Positions 54,441 to 63,390 of a stretch of 64,000 bases of DNA are shown here, piece by piece. The position numbers and the translations under genes are program-made. Origin of the DNA: an uncultured Solibacteraceae bacterium. GTDB taxonomy: Bacteria; Acidobacteriota; Terriglobia; Bryobacterales; Bryobacteraceae. Position 1 is the first letter of the stretch. Every line of letters starts with the position of its first letter. Where the stretch lies: positions 50,685 through 114,684 of the forward strand of contig CAZETQ010000003.1 of assembly GCA_964515165.1 (NCBI GenBank). Direction: 5' to 3'. The notes under the pieces are model-generated. The model made no database searches. It was given only the letters and a program-made list of their open reading frames with translations, and was not told where the DNA came from.

Positions 54441-54591
54441 GCCGTTTGCGCTGCATGTTGCGCACGCTCATGCCGGCGATCTCGGCCGCCTCGATCCAGG
54501 TGATCTTCTTGGCTATCGCTTTCAAAATCACGTCTTGCAGTTTCATCATCCGCTCCATCTCGCGGGCGGGAATCATCCGGCTCGGCTCCAC
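54441..54591 (-). mobile_element. About 50-codon stub resembling the N-terminal helix-turn-helix of an IS transposase
   Basis: MKLQDVILKAIAKKITWIEAAEIAGMSVRNMQRKR resembles the HTH leader of ISNCY/IS481-type transposases. This rests on recollection. No DDE domain or terminal inverted repeats follow. Confidence 0.3.
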
Positions 54592-54723
54592 CTCGCCAGA
54601 TTCCCCTGCCCGGTTGGACCGGACAACTAACGTGCTAACGACACAGGGTAGTTTTGTGCCTGGGTAGTTTTGTGCCTTTGCACCGCCGCCGCAAAGGGAT
54701 ATACTCCGATCTTTCGGCCAGTC

Positions 54724-55425
54724 ATGTCCCCGACCCTCACCCTCGTAGACGAATCAAAAGCGAACGACAGAACAGCAAAAGAAGTTGAAGTCGCACAGAC
54801 TGTCCGTCATCTCGCGCATGAGCTCAGGCAGCCGCTAAGCGCGCTCGAGTCGATAATTTACTATCTCGACATTCTGCTCGCGCCCGGCGACGTCCGGGCT
54901 CGCGATCAGGTGGAGAAGATTCAAGCCCTGGTGGAACAGGTGAACTGGATCGTCGACGACGCGGTCCACTTTGCTCAGGCGTCTCCTCCAAGCGCGGCGC
55001 GTGTGGCCCTCGATGATCTGGTGACCCAGACGCTTGCCGAACGAGCTCGCGGCGTCTTCCTAAATGTCCACCTGGAGCTGGCATCGGGCAAATGCTTTGC
55101 CTCGCTGGATTCCAAGCAGGCGCGGCATCTCCTCGCCAGTGTGTTTGGGATCTTCCGCCTCATCGCTGTTCCGGCCACTCCGATTCACGTTGCGACCGAA
55201 TGTTGCGGCTCCTCCGTCGGAATCCGGATCTCTTGCGAGAGCGCCACCACGGCTCGAGAACTCCAGGAAATGTTTGAGCCCTGCCATCGCAAGCTGCCTC
55301 CCGGATTGGGATTGTCGCTGGCCAGTGCGCGCAATATTGTCGATGCCAACGGCGGCGAAATGCGAGTGACGTCCGAAGCGGATCAGCGCTTGGTGCTGAC
55401 GCTCACTTTCCCGGCCGCTCGCTGA
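54724..55425 (+). CDS. Sensor-less histidine-kinase-like protein with degenerate ATP-binding domain
   Basis: ATG at 54724. H-box HLAHELRQPLSALESI. C-terminal GLGLSLASARNIVDANGGEM (G2-like). No clear N-box Asn or DxGxG G1 box. Confidence 0.6.
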   Translation: MSPTLTLVDESKANDRTAKEVEVAQTVRHLAHELRQPLSALESIIYYLDILLAPGDVRARDQVEKIQALVEQVNWIVDDAVHFAQASPPSAARVALDDLVTQTLAERARGVFLNVHLELASGKCFASLDSKQARHLLASVFGIFRLIAVPATPIHVATECCGSSVGIRISCESATTARELQEMFEPCHRKLPPGLGLSLASARNIVDANGGEMRVTSEADQRLVLTLTFPAAR

Positions 55426-55976
55426 CGAATCCAATCCCCCAGCCCGCCGGGCTGCATTCCGGAAAACACCGGCTTCCCCGTCAGAATGCGCGGCAGCCGC
55501 CCCGCGCCCGTCTGAACCACCGCGTCCGCCAGCGCCTGGTTCCGTTGCGCGCTGATCTTAAAATCCGCAATCTGCGGATCGACGACAAACACATACGCGT
55601 CCGGCCGCAGATAGTCGATCAGGGTGTTCGATTCGATAATCGTGTTCTCGCCCTCCGAGAGAATCCTGCGCAAGGCACCCAAGCCTTCCGCTAGCTCTCC
55701 CTGCCGGGTTCGCAGCCAATACGACCGCGCGGCCCCAGCATCCAGAAACCGTCCAGTGTCCGTGGAATCGGCGGTCTTCTGCTCGTCCAGCGCATAGGGA
55801 TGATCGGCATCCTGCGGACGGCACTCGCACGGCTCTCCATCGTGAGAGCAAACCTGATGGCCGAACTGCGTAATCTTCACCGCCGACCATCGCAAATCGC
55901 GAGTCTGCCCGATGATCGAGCAAACCACCGAAGTTTTTCCGATGTTCCGCGTGTGTCCGCCGACAACGACAATCAT
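55383..55976 (-). CDS. Hypothetical protein with deviant P-loop, MobB-like
   Basis: ATG at 55976 overlaps the lpxD stop (ATGA). [31 protein letters not shown] resembles MobB-type small NTPases, but the first Walker-A Gly is His. Confidence 0.5.
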   Translation of the reverse strand: MIVVVGGHTRNIGKTSVVCSIIGQTRDLRWSAVKITQFGHQVCSHDGEPCECRPQDADHPYALDEQKTADSTDTGRFLDAGAARSYWLRTRQGELAEGLGALRRILSEGENTIIESNTLIDYLRPDAYVFVVDPQIADFKISAQRNQALADAVVQTGAGRLPRILTGKPVFSGMQPGGLGDWIRQRAAGKVSVSTKR

Positions 55977-56938
55977 GATTTCCCGGCCATCAGCCGCCGC
56001 AGCTCCGCCACTTCTTTGCGAAGATCGCCCAGGTGCCGCAGATGCGCCAGCTGCTCCAGATGCTCCTTCAACGGCTGCGCGGGAGTCCCCCACACCGGCC
56101 CCACGGCTCGGATGATCTTGTTCGAAGGAATTCCCGCTTGCGCTCCGATAATCGCCTTCGCTTCGATCCGGACTTTATCCGCGACTCCCACCTGGCCGGC
56201 CAGCACCGCGTGGTCGCCGATCTGCACTCCGCCGGCCAGACCGCATTGCGCGGCGATCACGACGTGCTTTCCGATGACGCAGTTGTGGCCGACATGAACC
56301 ATGTTGTCCAGCTTCGTCCCATCCCCGATTACCGTGCGCCCTAGGGCCGCGCGGTCGACGCACGAATTCGCGCCGATTTCCACGTCCGATCCGATCACCA
56401 CCTTGCCCACTTGCGGAAATTTCTCGTAGTGCCCGTCTTCCCGCGGCGCATAACCGAAACCGTCGGACCCGATCACCGCTCCCGAATGAAGGATGGTCCT
56501 CGCACCGATCGTCACATCGGGATAAATCGTCACTTGTGGATAGAGCCGGACGCCGTCACCCAGAACAACCCGCGCCCCCACCGTACAATACGGCCCGATC
56601 GCCACGTCCGCCCCGATCTGGGCGGTCGGGTCGATGATCGCCGTCGGATGAATCGAAGGCGGCTCCGTATGCTGCGGATGCATCCGCGCGATGATCCGGC
56701 CGAACACTCCCCGCGGATCGGCGGCGCGAATCACCGTCCGTCCGGCCGTCTCCAGATCGGGCGGCACGATCAGGCAGGTAGCCTTGGCGGAATCAAACAG
56801 CTTGGCGGCCTTCGCCCCGGCCACGAACGCCACATCTCCTTCGCCGGCACTTTCCACCGGCGCGCACGCCGTGATTTCGCGCTCACCATCGCCCTCAAAT
56901 GCCAGGCCGAGCTCAGCGGCCAGATCCTTCACCCGCAT
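55973..56938 (-). CDS. lpxD: UDP-3-O-acylglucosamine N-acyltransferase
   Basis: ATG at 56938 gives [22 protein letters not shown] (LpxD N-terminal domain), followed by left-handed beta-helix hexapeptide repeats. Confidence 0.85.
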   Translation of the reverse strand: MRVKDLAAELGLAFEGDGEREITACAPVESAGEGDVAFVAGAKAAKLFDSAKATCLIVPPDLETAGRTVIRAADPRGVFGRIIARMHPQHTEPPSIHPTAIIDPTAQIGADVAIGPYCTVGARVVLGDGVRLYPQVTIYPDVTIGARTILHSGAVIGSDGFGYAPREDGHYEKFPQVGKVVIGSDVEIGANSCVDRAALGRTVIGDGTKLDNMVHVGHNCVIGKHVVIAAQCGLAGGVQIGDHAVLAGQVGVADKVRIEAKAIIGAQAGIPSNKIIRAVGPVWGTPAQPLKEHLEQLAHLRHLGDLRKEVAELRRLMAGKS

Positions 56939-56951
56939 ACGATATGAGTCT

Positions 56952-57740
56952 ATGCCCGTGGACCCGTCGTGCCAGATCGCTTCGACTGCGCGAGTGCATC
57001 CGGACGCGATCCTCGGGCCGGGATGCGTGATCGGCGAGTACGCCGTCATCGAATCGGACGTCGTCCTCGGAGCCCAGTGCAAGATCGAGCCCTACGTCTT
57101 CATCAAGCGGTGGACTACGCTGGGCGACCGCAACGAGGTATCCGCCGGAACGGCATTGGGCACCGATCCGCTCGATAAGAATTTCAAGGGCGAACGAAGT
57201 TATCTGAAGATCGGAAACGACAACAAAATTCGCGAGCATTTCACCATCTCCCGCGGAACAAAGCCGGAGTCGGCCACCGTGATCGGCGACCGCAACTACA
57301 TCATGACCAGCGGCCACATTGCCCACGATTGCTGCGTTGGCAACGACAACGTCATCTGCAGCTGCGTATTGGTGGCCGGCTACGTCGAAATCGAGGATCG
57401 CGTCTTTATTTCCGGCGGCGTCGTGATTCACCAGTTCTCGAAGATCGGCCGGCTGGCAATGGTCGGAGGCAACTCGCGCGTCAATATGGATCTGACGCCG
57501 TTCTTTCTCTATTCAAATTTCAACGCCACGCCGATCGGGCTGAATCTCGTCGGTCTGAAGCGCGTCGGATTGGCCGCTTTGGAAGTGGCCCGCCTGAAGA
57601 CCGCCTACAATCTGCTCTACCGCTCAGGCTTGAAATTGGACGATGCGATCGCTGCGATCGAAAGAGAAGTGCCCGGCGAATCAGCCCGTCATCTCACAGC
57701 GTTTATCAGGTCCAGCAAGAGAGGAATAGCCCGGGAATAA
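56952..57740 (+). CDS. lpxA: Acyl-ACP--UDP-N-acetylglucosamine O-acyltransferase
   Basis: ATG at 56952. Hexapeptide repeats, [28 protein letters not shown], and a C-terminal helical domain. Confidence 0.85.
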   Translation: MPVDPSCQIASTARVHPDAILGPGCVIGEYAVIESDVVLGAQCKIEPYVFIKRWTTLGDRNEVSAGTALGTDPLDKNFKGERSYLKIGNDNKIREHFTISRGTKPESATVIGDRNYIMTSGHIAHDCCVGNDNVICSCVLVAGYVEIEDRVFISGGVVIHQFSKIGRLAMVGGNSRVNMDLTPFFLYSNFNATPIGLNLVGLKRVGLAALEVARLKTAYNLLYRSGLKLDDAIAAIEREVPGESARHLTAFIRSSKRGIARE

Positions 57741-57777
57741 AAAAGCGTGAGGAACGTCGGAGGTCGTTACCTCACGC
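57739..57777 (-). terminator. Hairpin plus T6, reading on the minus strand (end of galK-operon 3' tract or of a separate RNA)
   Basis: GCGTGAGGAACG (57745-57756) pairs with CGTTACCTCACGC (57765-57777), with one bulge. On the minus strand the hairpin is followed by TTTTTT (57744-57739). On the plus strand there is no T-run. Confidence 0.5.
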
Positions 57778-58032
57778 AAAGGACAACTCAACAGTTAGAC
57801 CTACAATGCAGTGCGAAGGTCGCACTGATTTCTCTCCGAAAATCAACCTTCTCGCTGTGAGAAGCTGTGACGAATTGCGCCCGTGCGCAGTTTCACCTGA
57901 ACGATCCCCACGCTTATGCATGGGGCTTCATAAGTGCGGCATTTCCTGTTTTAGCCCCAGGCCGTGAGGCTGGGGATTCCGTACGGAATGCCAGTTCGTC
58001 AGGCGGCCGCTGAAAAAGTTCCGAAGACACCC

Positions 58033-58065
58033 GTGGGGCAGATCATCGTTTTCCTTGATCTGCCC
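58033..58065. repeat. Conserved hairpin element, copy C
   Basis: GTGGGGCAGATCATCGTTTTCCTTGATCTGCCC has the same 10-bp stem as copy A. Similarity continues downstream (CCCAG-N13-GCGAAT in both copies). Confidence 0.75.
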
Positions 58066-58120
58066 AGCATCGGTGCGACTGCGAATGTCGAGCATCGTGA
58101 GCGAGCCGGCTCCGGAGTTT

Positions 58121-59140
58121 TTACAGACTCACAAGTCCTGCTCCCGCCGACGGCCAGCATCGATAAATCTCCGGTTCCGTTCCCCAATGTCCGCGGTACA
58201 CGTCGGCAATGTGCGCTTCATACGCGCTTTCACTTCCGGGATCAACCAGCGCCAGAATACATCCGCCAAAACCTCCGCCGGTAATGCGAGCGCCGAACAC
58301 GCCCGGAAATTCGCACGATCTCGCCACAAGAAAATCAAGCTCTTCGCAGGACACTTCGTAGTCGTCGCGCAGGCTTTCGTGCGAGGCAATCAGCAATTCG
58401 CCCATGCGATGAACGTCGCCCGCTTGACACGCTTCGACGAAATCCAACACGCGTTGATTCTCTCCGGTCACGTGTCTCGCGCGCTTCGAAAGATCGGGTG
58501 AATATTCCGCCTCCCGCAAAGTGGAAATACCCAATTGCCCGCACGCGGCGGCGCACTCCGCCACTCGCGTGGCATAGGCCGATCCGGCAGCCAGGCTATG
58601 TTTCACCATCGAATTGACTACCACGATCGAAACGTCGGGCAGCGTGATGGTCCGCGATGTCGCCGAGCGGCAGTCCAGCAGGATCGCCTTGCCTTCTTCT
58701 CCAAAGACCGATGCGTACTGATCCATGATTCCGCACGGTAGGCCGATGAATTCCCGCTCCACTTTGTTGGTTCGGAGTACCAGGTCCAGCGGCGGAATGG
58801 AATCGCCGCCCAAACAGGCAAGAGCCACCGCCACTTCCAGCGCCGCCGAAGAACTCAATCCGCTGCCCACCGGAACGCTGGAATCGATCTCCAGATGTTG
58901 GGGAGAGCCTCCAAATTCCTCGACGACACCGGCAACGTAGTCGATCCAGGAATTCCGGCGATGCGGCGTCACCGAAAGAGTCTCTCCCAGCTGCCGCGAG
59001 GTAGCGCTCCAATGCTCCGCCGGAGAGGCAGTGACGCGGCACTCCAGATCGATCGCAATGGGAAGGGCAAAACCCTGGTTGTAGTCGGTGTGCTCGCCGA
59101 TCAGGTTCACGCGCCCGGGCGCACGGTAAGTGGAAGCCAA
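58121..59140 (-). CDS. galK: Galactokinase
   Basis: 339 aa. GRVNLIGEHTDYN and PVGSGLSSSAALEV GHMP-kinase motifs. Confidence 0.9.
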   Translation of the reverse strand: MASTYRAPGRVNLIGEHTDYNQGFALPIAIDLECRVTASPAEHWSATSRQLGETLSVTPHRRNSWIDYVAGVVEEFGGSPQHLEIDSSVPVGSGLSSSAALEVAVALACLGGDSIPPLDLVLRTNKVEREFIGLPCGIMDQYASVFGEEGKAILLDCRSATSRTITLPDVSIVVVNSMVKHSLAAGSAYATRVAECAAACGQLGISTLREAEYSPDLSKRARHVTGENQRVLDFVEACQAGDVHRMGELLIASHESLRDDYEVSCEELDFLVARSCEFPGVFGARITGGGFGGCILALVDPGSESAYEAHIADVYRGHWGTEPEIYRCWPSAGAGLVSL

Positions 59141-59141
59141 G

Positions 59142-60773
59142 CTACCAGAAGATCACGTTCAGCACGAGCAATGCGCCCAACACGACAACCGCCAGCGGGC
59201 CCGGCTTCTGGTACCACTTCCAGCGTGAATCGTCGGGGAGCTTCGTCAAGCCGAGCACAAGTCCTTGAAGTTCCGATTCCGGGCGAGGCTTCGTCACCAT
59301 GCTGATCAGAATCGTCACGACGAAGCAGGTGCTCCAGGCAAAGATGGCAATCCAGAAGTTCTGCGCCATGGTCGAGGGAAACTCTTGCAGGTTGGCAATC
59401 CAGCCACCCTTTTCCTCCGCGATCGTCAGTCCATGCGTCGCGGCGGCAGCCGCCGTGCCGCTCAACAATCCCCAGAAGGCGCCGTCGGCGGTCGCGCGCT
59501 TCCAGAACATTCCCAGCAGAAATGTCGCAAACAGCGGAGCGTTCACAAAACCAAACACCAACTGCAGGAAATCCATGATGTTGTTGAACTGCTGCGCCAG
59601 GTACGCCGTTCCGATCGACATGCCGATTCCCCAGACCGTCGTCCACCGCCCCACGCTCAGGTAATGCGAATCCGGAGCATCGCGCCGGATGTAGCCCTGG
59701 TAGATGTCATAGGTAAACACCGCGTTGAACGCCGTCACGTTCCCCGCCATGCCGCTCATGAAGCTGGCAAACAGCGCCGTCACTCCCAGGCCCATCATTC
59801 CCGGACCGTAGAACTGCGCCATCAGCGACGTCATCGCCTGGTCGTAATCCAGGCCCGCGCCCTTCGCCGGCAGAGTGCCCATGGCCAGCGCGGCAATTCC
59901 CGGAACGATGACGACAAACGGCATGATCATCTTCGGAAAGGCGGCAAACACCGGAACCCGTCGAGCCGCGGCCATATCCCGCGCCGCCATCGCTCGTTGG
60001 ACCACCAGGAAATCCGTGCACCAATAGCCGAAGCTCAGAACGAATCCCAGTCCCGCCACCAGACTGAACCACTCCACGCCCATCGGATTCTCAGCCGCGG
60101 AAGTGGTGTACTTCCACGAATGCGTGAATTCGGCGGGGATCTTCGCCGCCAGTCCGCTCCAGCCCCCGGCGCTCTTCACCGCCATGTAGGCCAGCGGCCC
60201 GAATCCGGCCAGGATCAGAAAGAACTGCACCACTTCGTTGTAAATCGCGCTCTTCAACCCGCCGGAAAATGTGTAGACCAGAACGATCAGTGCCGACAGC
60301 AGCACGCTCGTCGTGAAGCTCCACCCGAACATCAGTCGGAACAACAGCCCCAGCGCGTACATCGAAATTCCCGAGCTGAAAATGGTCATCGTCGCGAACG
60401 TCAATGCGTTCAGCGCCCGGGTTTTTTCATCGAATCGCAGCTTCAGATATTCCGGTACGGATCTTGCCCGGCTGCCGTAATAGAACGGCATCATAAAAAC
60501 ACCGACGAACAGCATGGCCGGCACCGCTCCGACCCAGTAGAAGTGCGAGGTCATGATTCCGTACTTGGCGCCGGAGGCGCACATTCCAATCACTTCCTGC
60601 GCGCCCAAATTGGCGGCGAGGAAAGCAAGAGACGCCATCCAGGTGGGAACGGAGTGCGCGCCCGTCAAAAAATCCGCGCTGGAGGTCACACGGCTTTTTA
60701 AATACCAGCCAATCCCCATCACCAGCAGGAAATATGCCGCAAGAATGGCGTAGTCGATCGTTGCAAGATGCAT
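59142..60773 (-). CDS. Sodium:solute symporter (SSS family, sugar type)
   Basis: ATG at 60773 gives MHLATIDYAILAAYFLLVMGIGWY, the typical SSS TM1. About 13-14 TMs. 1-nt gap to galK. Confidence 0.85.
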   Translation of the reverse strand: MHLATIDYAILAAYFLLVMGIGWYLKSRVTSSADFLTGAHSVPTWMASLAFLAANLGAQEVIGMCASGAKYGIMTSHFYWVGAVPAMLFVGVFMMPFYYGSRARSVPEYLKLRFDEKTRALNALTFATMTIFSSGISMYALGLLFRLMFGWSFTTSVLLSALIVLVYTFSGGLKSAIYNEVVQFFLILAGFGPLAYMAVKSAGGWSGLAAKIPAEFTHSWKYTTSAAENPMGVEWFSLVAGLGFVLSFGYWCTDFLVVQRAMAARDMAAARRVPVFAAFPKMIMPFVVIVPGIAALAMGTLPAKGAGLDYDQAMTSLMAQFYGPGMMGLGVTALFASFMSGMAGNVTAFNAVFTYDIYQGYIRRDAPDSHYLSVGRWTTVWGIGMSIGTAYLAQQFNNIMDFLQLVFGFVNAPLFATFLLGMFWKRATADGAFWGLLSGTAAAAATHGLTIAEEKGGWIANLQEFPSTMAQNFWIAIFAWSTCFVVTILISMVTKPRPESELQGLVLGLTKLPDDSRWKWYQKPGPLAVVVLGALLVLNVIFW

Positions 60774-60810
60774 GTTGTTCCTAGCACTGCGGACGGGCAG
60801 CGGGCCCAAC

Positions 60811-60822
60811 TGTGATATCACA
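60811..60822. promoter_or_regulatory. Perfect palindrome TGTGATATCACA in a divergent promoter region
   Basis: It lies between the symporter-galK start (60773) and the lactate permease start (60836). Candidate operator. Confidence 0.35.
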
Positions 60823-60835
60823 GACGGGATTGCCT

Positions 60836-62449
60836 ATGTGGGAACAGAACTATTCGCCTTTGGGCGGAAATCTCTTTGCGTCGGCGGTTGTCGCCGCTCT
60901 TCCGATCCTGATGCTGCTGTACCTGCTGGGCATTCGAAGAACTGCCGCCTGGATCGCCGCGCTGGCCGGCCTGGGTACCGGCATTGCCGTTGCTCTTGGC
61001 CTATATGGGATGCCGTTCGGGCCGATGGTCAGCTCCATTTTCTATGGCGCGTGTTTCGGTTTGTTCCCCATCGGCTGGATTGTGTTCTGGGCGATCATTC
61101 TGTACCGGCTGACCCTCATCACCGGAAGGTTTGAAATTCTCAAGGACTCCGTCGGCAGCTTGACCGACGATCGGCGTCTGCAAGCCCTCCTGATCGCCTT
61201 CGCCTTCGGAGCGTTCATCGAGGGCGCGGCGGGATTCGGAACGCCCGTCGCCGTCGCTGCCGCGATGCTCGCCGGCCTGGGTTTCTCGCCGTTCTACGCC
61301 GCCGGCATCTGTCTGCTGGCCAACACCGCGCCGGTGGCCTTCGGTTCCATCGGAATTCCCGTCATCACCCTCCAGGGCATCACCCAACTTCCGCTCATGG
61401 ATCTGAGCAAGTGGGTGGGCCGGATCTGCGCGCCGGTTTCCCTATTCGTGCCTGCGTACCTGGTGTTCGTGATGGGAGGCTGGAAGGCCATCCGTGGAGT
61501 CCTCCCCGCTGTGTTCCTTTGCGGAGCCGCCTTCGCCGGAGCGCAGTTCTATGTCTCAAACTTCGTGGGCCCGCAACTGGTCGATGTCGTAAGCTCGCTC
61601 TCGGCGATCGGTGTCATGGTCGTGCTGCTGCTCGTTTGGAAGCCGAAGGACAAGTTCGTTTTGGAAGGCGATTCCGGTGCGCGGCCGGTTTTGAAGAAGC
61701 ATCCCATCGGGGAAGTCGCCATGGCGTGGGTTCCCTACGGAATGCTCGTTTTTTTCGTTCTCCTGTGGGGCCAGGACGATGTCAAGAAGATTCTGAATTC
61801 GGCCACGACGCTCTTTGAATGGCCCGGGCTGCACAATCTCATTGCCCGCACGCCGCCCGTCCTTCCGGAAACCAAGCCCTACGCCGCCGTCTATACCTTC
61901 AACATCCTTTCGGCGGCCGGAACAGCCTGCGCCTTTGCGGCGATGACCTCCGCGCTGATCCTGCGCGCCACGCCGGCTCAGATCGGGGAAGTCTTCCGCA
62001 CGACGACAAAGCAGCTGGCCCTTTCGATGCTCACCATCGCCAGCGTTCTGGGGCTGGCGTTCCTGTTGAACTACTGCGGAGCGACCGGAACCATGGGACT
62101 CGCGCTGGCGGCAACCGGCAGTATGTTCCCGTTCTTCTCGGCGATTCTCGGCTGGCTTGGTGTCTTTCTCACGGGCAGCGATACCTCCGCCAACGCGCTG
62201 TTCGGAAATCTCCAGGTGGTCACCGCCAATCGCCTGGGCCTCGATCCCGTCCTGATGGCCGCCTCCAACTCTTCCGGAGGTGTGATGGGCAAAATGATCA
62301 GCCTGCAATCTATTGCCGTCGCCGCCGCCGCAACGGGAATGGCGACGTCGGACGAATCCAAACTGTTTCGCTTCACGCTGCGGCACAGCGTGATTCTGGC
62401 CGTAACGATTGGCTTGGTCGTCGTGGCCTATACCATGGCCGGCTACTGA
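60836..62449 (+). CDS. lctP: L-lactate permease (LctP family)
   Basis: ATG at 60836 gives MWEQNYSPLGGNLFASAVVAALPIL, the typical LctP N-terminus. Polytopic throughout. Confidence 0.85.
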   Translation: MWEQNYSPLGGNLFASAVVAALPILMLLYLLGIRRTAAWIAALAGLGTGIAVALGLYGMPFGPMVSSIFYGACFGLFPIGWIVFWAIILYRLTLITGRFEILKDSVGSLTDDRRLQALLIAFAFGAFIEGAAGFGTPVAVAAAMLAGLGFSPFYAAGICLLANTAPVAFGSIGIPVITLQGITQLPLMDLSKWVGRICAPVSLFVPAYLVFVMGGWKAIRGVLPAVFLCGAAFAGAQFYVSNFVGPQLVDVVSSLSAIGVMVVLLLVWKPKDKFVLEGDSGARPVLKKHPIGEVAMAWVPYGMLVFFVLLWGQDDVKKILNSATTLFEWPGLHNLIARTPPVLPETKPYAAVYTFNILSAAGTACAFAAMTSALILRATPAQIGEVFRTTTKQLALSMLTIASVLGLAFLLNYCGATGTMGLALAATGSMFPFFSAILGWLGVFLTGSDTSANALFGNLQVVTANRLGLDPVLMAASNSSGGVMGKMISLQSIAVAAAATGMATSDESKLFRFTLRHSVILAVTIGLVVVAYTMAGY

Positions 62450-62770
62450 GCACGACGGATGAAAGTGGCGATGTCTCAGTGTCCGCCGCGACCGGAGGAA
62501 GCGGATTTCACGGGAGTGCCTCATGAGCCTGGAAGCAAGCCAATAGAGTCTACGATCCGCCAGAGGGAATGAAAATTGCGGCCGTGAGAAGCCGCGCGTA
62601 GAGCCGCTTTCCGGCGGAGCAAGCGGGCCGTTCCACCTGAACCGTACAGTGACTTTCAACTGAGCGGGTCTGTCCGATTCGGCCAAACCAGATTTATTTT
62701 TCGTTGATGGCAAAGCGCTTCCCCGTCCGCCGCGATCGAACGAAAATTCCCGATTGCTATTCGTATTGGC

Positions 62771-63268
62771 ATGACGGGAGCAACAACTCGAAAAGTCAGC
62801 AAGAAGAGCGCCGCGCGGATCAACGCCCTGCGCCACGGACTCACCGGCCAGGTAGTCCTCATGCCTGGAGAAGATCTGGCGTCGTTCCAGAGACTCTCGC
62901 GGGCCTACCACGATGAGTTCCAGCCGGCTACGCGAAAGGAAAAGGAACTCACCGGCATTCTTGTCGAAATCCGCTGGCGCTTGTGCCGGGTGGCCATTGG
63001 CGAGATCAACTTGGCGGCACTCACTGGCTTCGTCGACGCGCCCAAGGTCAAAACCAGCGATGAATCGGTCGCCTACGCTTTGGCAACAGCCGCCATGGTG
63101 CGTGATCGGGCTACCGCTCTGACAAACATTTCCCTCTATGAGCAGCGGCTGACCCGGCAGTTCAAAGACATCCGGAATCAGCTGGAAGCGGCGATCTGGA
63201 TGCGCGATAAAGCCGCCCGGGATCGAAAGCGGAAAGAGCGGCAAGCGGCGGAAGAAGCGGCGGCCTGA
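62771..63268 (+). CDS. Hypothetical protein
   Basis: 165 aa. The pattern NALRHGLTGQVVLMPGED...E..L...I....WRL.R resembles a widespread uncharacterised family, from recollection only. Confidence 0.45.
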   Translation: MTGATTRKVSKKSAARINALRHGLTGQVVLMPGEDLASFQRLSRAYHDEFQPATRKEKELTGILVEIRWRLCRVAIGEINLAALTGFVDAPKVKTSDESVAYALATAAMVRDRATALTNISLYEQRLTRQFKDIRNQLEAAIWMRDKAARDRKRKERQAAEEAAA

Positions 63269-63390
63269 TTTTGCAAAAAAGTGTGACATGCCTCATGAAA
63301 AGAAAGGCAGTTGCGCGAAATTCGAAAAAACAAAACCAGCGCCGTTCAGCAGGGTTTCGCGGGGTATGCTGTCATGGTATTTACCCGAAA

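Noticed and set aside
53884-54591. 235-aa ORF as a functional response regulator or transposase
   Set aside because: It is a chimera of three unrelated fragments in one accidental frame. The receiver domain is completed only in another frame.
54441-54591. Active insertion sequence
   Set aside because: Only an HTH stub of about 50 codons remains. I saw no DDE catalytic region, no terminal inverted repeats and no target duplication.
59265-60701. 478-aa plus-strand ORF
   Set aside because: It is antisense to the sodium:solute symporter. It is extremely His/Arg/Gln-rich and has no domain signature.
61556-63289. 577-aa ORF on the minus strand, the longest unassigned ORF in the track
   Set aside because: It is antisense to the well-supported lactate permease gene and to the 165-aa plus-strand ORF. 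The translation is Arg/Gly/His-rich with no recognisable motif. This is the typical shadow ORF of GC-rich DNA.
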